This document shows positions 33,279-40,689 of a DNA stretch of 42,596 nt, one piece after another. The notes under the pieces are model-generated. The model ran no database searches, had not been told where the DNA came from, and saw nothing but the letters and a program-made list of their open reading frames with translations. The DNA is taken from positions 1 through 42,596 of the IMG/VR virus record IMGVR_UViG_3300049215_000034. One strand, given 5' to 3'. This stretch comes from a virus. Made by a program: the position numbers and the translations under genes. How positions within the stretch are numbered: position 1 is the first letter of the stretch; each line of letters begins with the position of its first letter.

Positions 33279-33755
33279 CTGAAGATCAAGGAACTGGCGG
33301 AAAAGGCCGCACCGGGACCGTGGACTTCTGAACGCCAAGACGAGGCCAATGCGCTTTTGGCAATTTATAAGGGGCGCGAGGAAGGCAAACAAACCGTTAT
33401 CGAGCAACTTGAAAGCGAACGCGACGAGGCCAATGAGAGGGTGGCGGTGTTGTGGGAGGCGCTGAAGGAAATCGCGAAAGGAGAGGGCGCGTTTAATCGC
33501 GACCCATTTGTACATGCCTGTAATGTCGTTGAGGAAGCAAAGGCAACGGCCAATGCCGCCCTCACCTCCCTCCCCGCAGCCGCCAAGGCGCTGGTGGAGA
33601 ACCAGAGAACGCCGGGGTTTATCGAAGTGTGCAAAGTGTGTGGGGCGCAAAAAAGAAACAAGCAGCAAACTTGTTACGCAGAGGAGGAAGGCTGGTCATA
33701 CGAACCAGAGAACTGCCCCCTCCGTTCGCAGCAGGGGAAAGGAACCCAAACATGA
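33279..33755 (+). CDS. Ea22-like protein (start uncertain: CTG 33279, TTG 33357, or read-through from 33048)
   Basis: The open frame after TGA 33264-33266 reads PPPHLKIKELAEKAAPGPWTSE..., with the ELAEKAxPGPW N-terminal signature I associate with ead/Ea22-like phage proteins. There is no ATG/GTG/TTG before 33357. C-terminal CKVCG...C motif. Confidence 0.5.
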   Translation: MKIKELAEKAAPGPWTSERQDEANALLAIYKGREEGKQTVIEQLESERDEANERVAVLWEALKEIAKGEGAFNRDPFVHACNVVEEAKATANAALTSLPAAAKALVENQRTPGFIEVCKVCGAQKRNKQQTCYAEEEGWSYEPENCPLRSQQGKGTQT

Positions 33756-34441
33756 AGTTTGAAATCAAAGCGCGCTTCAGCGGCGCAACGCTGTTCACCG
33801 CCGAACTGGATGCGAAGTTCGATAGCTCGTCTGACGCGGTGAGACTGGGCGAAGCCGTCAAAGCGGCCTACAAAAGCGGCGCGTACCTGCGCGGCGCGGA
33901 CCTGCGCGGCGCGTACCTGGGCGGCGCGGACCTGCACGGCGCGGACCTGCACGGCGCGGACCTGGGCGGCGCGTACCTGCGCGGCGCGGACCTGCGCGGC
34001 GCGTACCTGCGCGGCGCGGACCTGCGCGGCGCGGACCTGCACGGCGCGGACCTGCACGGCGCGGACCTGGGCGGCGCGGACCTGGGCGGCGCGGACCTGG
34101 GCGGCGCGTACCTGCGCGGCGCGGACCTGGGCGGCGCGTACCTGCGCGGCGCGGACCTGCGCGAAAACAAAACCCTTAAACTGGTTGGCAAGCAACCAGT
34201 CCTGCAAGTTGGCCCCATTGGCTCTCGCAACGATTTCGCGCTGGCTTTTATGACCGACGCCGGGCCTTACGTGAGAACTGGGTGTTTCTTTGGTTCGCTG
34301 GATGAGTTCCGCGCCGCCGTCGAGCGCACGCACAAAGGCACACCGCATGGGGCGCAGTACATGATGTTTATCGCCATGATCGAGGCGCATCGCGTCTTGT
34401 GGGCGGATGAGGCGGAGCAGCAGGGGAAGGTGAACACATGA
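33752..34441 (+). CDS. Pentapeptide-repeat protein (19 idealised repeats) with a C-terminal non-repeat domain
   Basis: 229 aa from ATG 33752 (ATGA overlap). N-terminal cap, 19 x GA[D/Y]L[R/H/G], then ~90 aa (QVGPIGSRNDF...GCFFGSLDEF...). Confidence 0.85.
   Translation: MKFEIKARFSGATLFTAELDAKFDSSSDAVRLGEAVKAAYKSGAYLRGADLRGAYLGGADLHGADLHGADLGGAYLRGADLRGAYLRGADLRGADLHGADLHGADLGGADLGGADLGGAYLRGADLGGAYLRGADLRENKTLKLVGKQPVLQVGPIGSRNDFALAFMTDAGPYVRTGCFFGSLDEFRAAVERTHKGTPHGAQYMMFIAMIEAHRVLWADEAEQQGKVNT
33878..34162 (+). repeat. 15-bp coding tandem repeat (ggcgcg-gac/tac-ctg-cgc/cac/ggc) x19
   Basis: 285 nt of contiguous near-identical 15-mers, in frame within 33752-34441. Confidence 0.95.
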
Positions 34442-34719
34442 CCAAGAAATTGACCAAACCCAAGTCGGCAACCAAAACGATCCGGGTTATTGCTGTGGAC
34501 GGCGATGCTGTCCGTAAACTCATGGGGTATACGATACGAGAAGCGCGGACAAAACGCGGGCTCACGCAAGATCAGTGCTGCGTGATTTTGGGGGTGGGCC
34601 GCGCACAGCTTGCCAACATCGAATTGGGGCGCAGCTTTTTATCGGCGGAATCTCTGGTACATGCCATCGTCAACTTTGATCTGACGCTGAATGCCGAGTT
34701 CTTTGGAGCAAAGCCATGA
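34438..34719 (+). CDS. XRE-family HTH protein (93 aa)
   Basis: IREARTKRGLTQDQCCVILGVGRAQLANIELGR. ATGA overlaps on both sides. Confidence 0.7.
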   Translation: MTKKLTKPKSATKTIRVIAVDGDAVRKLMGYTIREARTKRGLTQDQCCVILGVGRAQLANIELGRSFLSAESLVHAIVNFDLTLNAEFFGAKP

Positions 34720-35117
34720 CCGCAGACATAGAGGCGATCAGGAAGCGGCATCAGGCGTTGCAGCACAAGCTCGACGCATGGATTTCTCAGGCATTACCAG
34801 ACGTTCCATTGGCCGTAGAAGCGCCCTGTACCATCAATGATGCAGGTGATGCCCACTCCGACCGCGCCGCCCTCCTCGCCACCCTGGACGCCATGACCGC
34901 GCCTATCGACATGGTGTTGTTCTGTCCGAAGTGCGGCTATCAGCACATTGACGAGCCCTCGCCGGATTGGAGCAACCCGCCGCACCGCACGCATATGTGC
35001 CTCAATTGCGATTATCTCTGGCGCCCAGCGGACGTTCCAACCAACGGCGTGAAGGCGATCAAGACCAAGGGCAAAGCGGACAGTCCACCAGTCAAGAACC
35101 CCCAGGCGAAGGAGTAG
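34716..35117 (+). CDS. Zinc-ribbon protein (133 aa)
   Basis: FCPKCGYQH ... HMCLNCDYLW: two CxxC pairs. Confidence 0.6.
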   Translation: MTADIEAIRKRHQALQHKLDAWISQALPDVPLAVEAPCTINDAGDAHSDRAALLATLDAMTAPIDMVLFCPKCGYQHIDEPSPDWSNPPHRTHMCLNCDYLWRPADVPTNGVKAIKTKGKADSPPVKNPQAKE

Positions 35118-35122
35118 AGACG

Positions 35123-35392
35123 ATGGCCACTAAACCACGAGCAACCGTCGTTGTTGCTGCATATGACCCCGACGTATCGATGCTGCACCCTCTGAACAAT
35201 GAGGACTTGGCTGAAATTGGAAACTACGTCGAGAACGAGTGGATGACAAAGCACGGGTTCTATGAGTCAGCAATGGCGCTCTACAACCTTTGTGTCCGCA
35301 TCGGCAAGGCGCAGGCTGAAAACCCGCAGGACATGGGACCGAAAGAACGGGCGGCGCGGCAGGAACAGACGTTGAGGAGTCAGAAGCCATGA
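35123..35392 (+). CDS. Hypothetical protein (89 aa)
   Basis: ATG 35123 follows the upstream stop with GGAG upstream. ATGA overlap downstream. Confidence 0.55.
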   Translation: MATKPRATVVVAAYDPDVSMLHPLNNEDLAEIGNYVENEWMTKHGFYESAMALYNLCVRIGKAQAENPQDMGPKERAARQEQTLRSQKP

Positions 35393-35997
35393 CCACCCCC
35401 AAGCCCACGCGAGAGGAATTGCTGGAGGCCCACTACGCTGTTCGCGTCGAGCGCGTTCCGGGAGGTTGGTACAACGGCAAACCTGACGGCTGGTTTCTGT
35501 CCGACGACTCCTGGCGTGCTGTCAGGATGATCCTGGATTCCCACGTGGAGATGCTTCAGCCCTCCCCTGCGCCAACTATCGACCCGGATCGTCTTGCGTT
35601 TATTCGCCAACGGTCAGCAGTGCTAAATAGTCGCCATCAGGACGCCCGATCTGACGCTCACGAAGCCCGCGCGCTGCTGTCGGAAGTTCTGCATTTCCTG
35701 ACCTCCCCCGCGCCAGAGCCGAGCCCGCAGGCGGCGGTCACGCGGGAGGATGTCTGCGCGCTGGACATAATCCTTCAGTGGTATCGAACGTTGCGGCCAC
35801 GGGGCAAGGAGAGCCTTTCGCTAGAGAATCTCCACACCTTGTCAAAGAACCTAACTGTCGCAACCGCGATGGCGACTGAAGATGAAATCGCCAAGGTCTT
35901 AGCGGCGTCCATGCCACTAAGAAGGTCTTACGCAGAAACCGCACGCGCCCTGCTTTCCCAATTCGTAGTCCTCCGCAAGCCGCAGGGTGGTGTGTGA
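35389..35997 (+). CDS. Hypothetical protein (202 aa)
   Basis: ORF in the coupled early chain. No motif recognised. Confidence 0.6.
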   Translation: MTTPKPTREELLEAHYAVRVERVPGGWYNGKPDGWFLSDDSWRAVRMILDSHVEMLQPSPAPTIDPDRLAFIRQRSAVLNSRHQDARSDAHEARALLSEVLHFLTSPAPEPSPQAAVTREDVCALDIILQWYRTLRPRGKESLSLENLHTLSKNLTVATAMATEDEIAKVLAASMPLRRSYAETARALLSQFVVLRKPQGGV

Positions 35998-36134
35998 TGG
36001 CCCGCTATAAGTATGTCGTTTTTCTAGTGCTGGCACTCATTGTGGAAATGTTCGCGATCCCGCCTGCCTGCACCTACTACGATTTGTATTTAGAGCACTG
36101 GAGTCGTGTTGGCGCTGAAATGAGGAACCCATGA
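35997..36134 (+). CDS. Small single-TM peptide (45 aa)
   Basis: ORF below the track cutoff: MARYKYVVFLVLALIVEMFAIPPACTYYDLYLEHWSRVGAEMRNP. TGATG overlap upstream and ATGA overlap downstream exactly bridge the two flanking genes. Confidence 0.45.
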   Translation: MARYKYVVFLVLALIVEMFAIPPACTYYDLYLEHWSRVGAEMRNP

Positions 36135-36436
36135 CCAAGCCCACCAGCGCGGAGTTGCGCGTAAAGCCCATGACGCCGAAGCAATTAACAGTGCTCAAGC
36201 TTGAGCAGCGCCATCGTTATGAAACGTTGACAGCACAGGGCTATGAGATTCCTTGGCAGCACGAAACAATTGAACGACTTCTCGCCACCATAGACCACCT
36301 CTCTACAGGGAGGGATGCGGTGCTGGAAGAAGCGGCCCAGCTAGTCGAGGCATCGCTGGAATTTTCTTACCCGGTGCCCCGCCAAAAGCTGGCTACCAAA
36401 ATCCGCGCCCTCAAGGCTGGGGACAGTAAGGATTAA
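36131..36436 (+). CDS. Hypothetical protein (101 aa)
   Basis: ORF in the coupled chain. Confidence 0.55.
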   Translation: MTKPTSAELRVKPMTPKQLTVLKLEQRHRYETLTAQGYEIPWQHETIERLLATIDHLSTGRDAVLEEAAQLVEASLEFSYPVPRQKLATKIRALKAGDSKD

Positions 36437-36437
36437 G

Positions 36438-36821
36438 ATGAGCCAGGACCCCAAAATCAGCCAGGAAGACGTTGATCGTTTCTTCAGCGGGATCACCGTG
36501 GAGCCGGTCGATTTGAAACTGAGCGAAGTTTTGCCGGCGGCGCGGCCGGTAAAGGAGACGGCGCTGGACCTACTCAGACTGTGGCAGGAGAAGCTCACCA
36601 AGGGCGGCCTGACGGAATGGGCTTTGCAGATGCTCTGCTACGCCGAGAATATTCACTCGCGCCTGGTGACGCTGGACGACCGCCTGTTCGTCGCCGTGAA
36701 CCTGATCCGCTATGTGATGGCGAACCTTCCGCCCGACTGGCTGCTATGGAACGAAGACAAGATCCGCGAGTCGGAGAGGCTCAGGCAGGAATGGCGCAGC
36801 CAGGTTGGGGGATGCCTTTGA
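36438..36821 (+). CDS. Hypothetical protein (127 aa)
   Basis: ORF starting 2 nt after the upstream stop. Overlaps the polymerase start. Confidence 0.55.
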   Translation: MSQDPKISQEDVDRFFSGITVEPVDLKLSEVLPAARPVKETALDLLRLWQEKLTKGGLTEWALQMLCYAENIHSRLVTLDDRLFVAVNLIRYVMANLPPDWLLWNEDKIRESERLRQEWRSQVGGCL

Positions 36822-38644
36822 TCATCACCCTGGATTTTGAAACGCTCTGGAGCGACGACTACACCCTTTCTAAGATGACCACGGAAAGTTATATCCGTGA
36901 CTCACGTTTTAAAGCCCATGGGGTAGCGATCAAATTCGACGACGGCCCAACAACGTGGTTTCTGCCAGCTATCTTAGAGGTTCCGCGGGTGCGAGCGGCG
37001 TTGGAACAAAGTGCCGTGTTATGCCACCACGCTCAATTCGATGGGCTTATCCTTTCTTACCACTTCGGCATCCGACCAGCGCTTTGGTTGGATACACTTA
37101 GCATGGCCCGTATCGCACTCCCGCACGATCGACACAGCCTGGACAACCTCTCTAAAATCTTCGGCCTGCCGGGGAAAATGCATCAAAACCTGGCTGACGT
37201 TAAAGGTGTTCAATTTCCAAGCTGGCAGCAGATGCAAGCCCTAGGAAAAATGAGCTGCGACGACGCCGACAAGACCTATTATATCTTCCAGCAGATCAAG
37301 GACCAGATCCCCAACGACGAGTTCCGGGTGATCGACATGACCATCCGCATGTTCACGGAGCCGGTCTTGCGCCTCGACGAACCCCGGATGCGGGTCTATC
37401 ACGGCGAAGTGGTGAAGGCGAAGACCGACGCGCTGGCGGAGCTGGGGCTGACCAAGAAAGATTTGGGCAGCGACGAGATTGTCGCGGCGAAGTATCGGGA
37501 CCTGGGCGTCGAGCCGGATACCAAGGTCACGGCGAAGGGCAACACCAAATTCGCTTTCGCGAAGACTGACCAGTTCATGCGCGACATGCTGGAGGATGAA
37601 GACGAACACGTGGCGGCGCTGACCGCGGCGCGACTGGGGGTCAAGTCCACACTTAACGAGACCCGCTGCGAGCGGCTGTTGTCCATGAATGCCCGTGGCC
37701 CGCTAGCGGTCTATCTCCGCTACTGCGGCGCCCATCCGACCCGCTGGTCCGGCGGGGATTCCCTAAATTGGCAAAACTTCCCCCGGAACGAAAAGGATGG
37801 GCGCCCCGGCGAAATAAGAGCGAGCATCATGGCGCCGCCGGGGCACAAGATCGCAGTCTGCGATTTATCCCAGGTCGAGTGTCGCGTGTTGAATTGGCTT
37901 GCCGGCCAGCATGACGTGGTTGCTAAATTTGCTAATCGCGAAGATCCGTATATTGGAATCGCATCTAAGTTCTATGGGCGAGAAGTTTATAAGCCCCAGA
38001 AAGACGATCCGTTGCGCGCCGAAATGGAAAAAATGAGAGGTACCGGAAAACAGCTAGAATTGAGCTGCGGATACGGCGCTGCGGCAGCGTCGATCATCGA
38101 AACAGCTAAGCGCGGCACCTATGGGCCGCCTGTCTATTTGACAGAGGAAGAAGGCGAGCGCGCCAAAAACCTCTACCGATCGACTCACCGCGCCGTTGTC
38201 AATATGTGGTATCAGACCGCTGAAATGGCGCTGCGGGTCCTGGAGGAACGCGGGCACATGACCTGGGGACCCCTGGAGATAGACGACGGGGCGATCTGGT
38301 TGCCCAGTGGGCTGCCGATGCCTTACGATGCGTTCAAGCGGAATGAGCACGGGGAAGTGCTATGCCTGATCCGGGGCCGCTGGCGAAAGATGTGGGGAAC
38401 CAAGCTGGTCCAGCATGTGTGCGAGGCGCTCGCGCGCACGATCATTTCACAGGCGATGCTCAGGATCCAGGCCAACGGCTACCAGCCGCGCAATACGACG
38501 CACGACGAGCTTTGGGTAGTTACGCCGCTTGACGACACTAACGTTGTTGCGTATCTTGAAAGCGAACTTCGGAAAACGCCCACCTGGGCGCCGGGGCTGC
38601 CACTGGACGCGGAAGGGACGGAAGGGGAGAGGTATGCGAAGTGA
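36812..38644 (+). CDS. Family A DNA polymerase with 3'-5' exonuclease domain
   Basis: 610 aa from ATG 36812 (alternative ATG at 36791). Exo motifs ITLDFET and HHAQFDGLIL. Pol motif A CDLSQVECRVL, motif B RGTGKQLELSCGYG, motif C TTHDELWV. Confidence 0.9.
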   Translation: MPLIITLDFETLWSDDYTLSKMTTESYIRDSRFKAHGVAIKFDDGPTTWFLPAILEVPRVRAALEQSAVLCHHAQFDGLILSYHFGIRPALWLDTLSMARIALPHDRHSLDNLSKIFGLPGKMHQNLADVKGVQFPSWQQMQALGKMSCDDADKTYYIFQQIKDQIPNDEFRVIDMTIRMFTEPVLRLDEPRMRVYHGEVVKAKTDALAELGLTKKDLGSDEIVAAKYRDLGVEPDTKVTAKGNTKFAFAKTDQFMRDMLEDEDEHVAALTAARLGVKSTLNETRCERLLSMNARGPLAVYLRYCGAHPTRWSGGDSLNWQNFPRNEKDGRPGEIRASIMAPPGHKIAVCDLSQVECRVLNWLAGQHDVVAKFANREDPYIGIASKFYGREVYKPQKDDPLRAEMEKMRGTGKQLELSCGYGAAAASIIETAKRGTYGPPVYLTEEEGERAKNLYRSTHRAVVNMWYQTAEMALRVLEERGHMTWGPLEIDDGAIWLPSGLPMPYDAFKRNEHGEVLCLIRGRWRKMWGTKLVQHVCEALARTIISQAMLRIQANGYQPRNTTHDELWVVTPLDDTNVVAYLESELRKTPTWAPGLPLDAEGTEGERYAK

Positions 38645-38831
38645 TCTGATTGACGTAGCGGCGCATAAGAAAGCCGAAACAGATAAAGCTTTTTTATTGT
38701 CCACTTCGCGCCGCGATAGAACTGGAGAACCTATCTATCAATGGGTTCCCAAGTCGCAGGTCGAGTATGATTCTCAATTTAAGACATATACAATGCCCAA
38801 GTGGTTGGCACTCGACAAAGGGTTCGTCTAG
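38634..38831 (+). CDS. Hypothetical protein (65 aa)
   Basis: ATG 38634 is preceded by GGAAGGGGAGAGG. Overlaps the polymerase end by 11 nt. Confidence 0.5.
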   Translation: MRSDLIDVAAHKKAETDKAFLLSTSRRDRTGEPIYQWVPKSQVEYDSQFKTYTMPKWLALDKGFV

Positions 38832-39514
38832 TGATCTTTAGCTACACCCTGATCGACACCTTCCACAATGTATGCCCAAGACAGGCATACGAACGCTGGT
38901 GGCTCAAGATCCCTGTGCCGGATAGCCCTGAGATGCGGGAGGGCAAGCGCGTCCACAAGGCCCTGGAGAACCGCTTGGGGCTGCGGCGTGGGATGCAGTT
39001 ACCCCCCGACCTTCAACACCTGGAGACGCTCTGCGGCTCCTTCGCCGCGAAGGAAGCGGCCGGCGCCGGGCTCAGCACTGAGTTAAAGGTGGCGGTCGAT
39101 CGCAAGCTGGAGCACTGCGGCTTTTTCGACAACGACGCCTATATCCGCGGCGTGCTCGACATCCTGCTCCGCGGCCCGTCTTATGCGCTGATTTTCGATT
39201 GGAAAACGGGCAAGAATCGGGAGGCCGGGAAGGAGCCGCTCCAGCTCATGCTAAGCGCCGCCTACGTGATGACCGAGCTGAAACACATCGATAGCGTCAC
39301 GGCGGCGAACATCTATACGACCAATGGGCAGATGGGCACGCCGCACACCTGGACCCGCGCCGAGCTGCCGACGATCTGGCGCACCATCGTCCCGATGATC
39401 GATGAAATCGAAGAAGCCGAGAAGCAGGGTCCGCGTGGCTTCCCGGAGCGCGTAAGCGGCCTTTGCGCCTGGTGCCCGGTTTTTGCTTGTCAGCATAATA
39501 GGGCGCCGCGCTAA
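38831..39514 (+). CDS. PD-(D/E)XK nuclease, Cas4/RecB-like with Cys cluster
   Basis: 227 aa from GTG 38831 (TAGTG overlap). N-terminal SYTLIDTFHNVCPRQAY, GVLDILL, IFDWKTGK (D-x-K), C-terminal CAWCPVFAC: one N-terminal plus three C-terminal Cys, as in Cas4/AddB iron-sulfur nucleases. Confidence 0.75.
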   Translation: MIFSYTLIDTFHNVCPRQAYERWWLKIPVPDSPEMREGKRVHKALENRLGLRRGMQLPPDLQHLETLCGSFAAKEAAGAGLSTELKVAVDRKLEHCGFFDNDAYIRGVLDILLRGPSYALIFDWKTGKNREAGKEPLQLMLSAAYVMTELKHIDSVTAANIYTTNGQMGTPHTWTRAELPTIWRTIVPMIDEIEEAEKQGPRGFPERVSGLCAWCPVFACQHNRAPR

Positions 39515-39792
39515 TGCCAACATTACGCGAATGGATGCTGCACTTCCCCAGCGACTGGACGCCCGCGCAGGCGCACGGGTACTGCCAGGACGTGACGCTG
39601 ATGCTGGTCAACGCCAGCCTGCCGATCATGCACGCCGTAGGCCCGGAACGTGCCTGCGCTTGCCTGCTGACGGCGGTGCTCAACATCGTGCGCGCCAACC
39701 CGGTCTATCACGAAGACATCAAGAACGTGATGGCGTCGGTTTATGACCTGATTGACCAGATGGACCCCTTCAGAGGCGCGGCCAAAACATGA
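39514..39792 (+). CDS. Hypothetical protein (92 aa)
   Basis: ORF with TAATG upstream and ATGA downstream coupling. Confidence 0.55.
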   Translation: MPTLREWMLHFPSDWTPAQAHGYCQDVTLMLVNASLPIMHAVGPERACACLLTAVLNIVRANPVYHEDIKNVMASVYDLIDQMDPFRGAAKT

Positions 39793-40142
39793 CCACCGCC
39801 CACGCCAAGCTCTGCGGCGCGATCTGCGAGTTCTTCAAAAAGAACGGGATCTGGTATGTGCGCACCAACAGCCAGGGCTATGGCCGCAAGGGCATCCCGG
39901 ACATTTTGGCGTGCTACCAGGGGAGCTTTATCGCGATCGAGGCCAAGGTGGCGCCGGACAAGCCGCAGAAGTGGCAGGAGCGCGAGCTGGCGGCGATCAG
40001 GGCGGCTGGGGGGAAAGCGCTGGTGATTTATGATGTAGCTGAACTTGGTCGGTTAATGCCTGTGCCGGTTAATTGGACGACGTGGCGTCCGGTCGATTTT
40101 ATGCGCGATTCGTCGTTGGAAGTTAAAACCACAGATGCGTAA
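39789..40142 (+). CDS. VRR-NUC domain nuclease
   Basis: GIPDILACYQGSFIAIEAKVAPDKPQKWQERELAAIRAAGGKALVIYD: PD...ExK core and overall VRR-NUC pattern. Confidence 0.8.
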   Translation: MTTAHAKLCGAICEFFKKNGIWYVRTNSQGYGRKGIPDILACYQGSFIAIEAKVAPDKPQKWQERELAAIRAAGGKALVIYDVAELGRLMPVPVNWTTWRPVDFMRDSSLEVKTTDA

Positions 40143-40689
40143 TTTGGGCGTTGCTATCGCCGGGGGGCACGGCAACGAAGATGGCGCGCGGCTGTTGTCC
40201 ACGCCGCCGGAAGCCGTGATCGCGCTGCTCGACGTTGAAGACGAGTATATGCCGCGTGTCATTTGGGAACCCTGTTGTGGCGTCAAAGCTATCGCTAATG
40301 TGCTGACGAAGCATGGGCGTGCTGTAGGATGTACCGATCTGCACGACTACGGCGTCGGCGCGATCATTCAGGATTTCTTGAAAGCGCCCACCGGGCATTT
40401 TCTGGGTGGTATCGTAACAAATCCGCCGTTCCCTTTAGCACGCCAGTTTATCGAAATTGCTGTGGCGCGCTGTGATTACGTCGCGATGCTGCTGAAGCAA
40501 ACCTACTACAATGCCGGGAAGCGCGTCGCTTTCTTTCACCAGCATAAGCCGACGATGATCTATCCTATGGCCTTCCGGCTCGACTTCACAGGCGGCGGCA
40601 ATCCGACGATGGACTGCATGTGGGTAGTTTGGGATAAGAAGCGCGGGCCGCTGGCTCGCTTCCAGCCTTTAGAGAACCCATGTTCCTAA
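40135..40689 (+). CDS. DNA methyltransferase, amino-MTase type (NPPF motif IV)
   Basis: 184 aa. STPPEAV, IWEPCCGVKAI (motif I-like) and GGIVTNPPF (motif IV). Confidence 0.75.
   Translation: MRNLGVAIAGGHGNEDGARLLSTPPEAVIALLDVEDEYMPRVIWEPCCGVKAIANVLTKHGRAVGCTDLHDYGVGAIIQDFLKAPTGHFLGGIVTNPPFPLARQFIEIAVARCDYVAMLLKQTYYNAGKRVAFFHQHKPTMIYPMAFRLDFTGGGNPTMDCMWVVWDKKRGPLARFQPLENPCS

Noticed and set aside
33878-34162. Possible CRISPR array or non-coding satellite (regular 15-bp repeats)
   Set aside because: The units are contiguous with no spacers, are only 15 bp long, and are in frame inside a well-supported ORF. No cas genes or leader are present.
33674-34471. 265-aa minus-strand ORF with AQVRAAQVR repeats
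   Set aside because: It is the reverse-complement reading of the pentapeptide repeat. The plus-strand frame has a canonical A(D/N)LxG-type repeat, proper cap and C-domain, and ATGA coupling to its neighbours.
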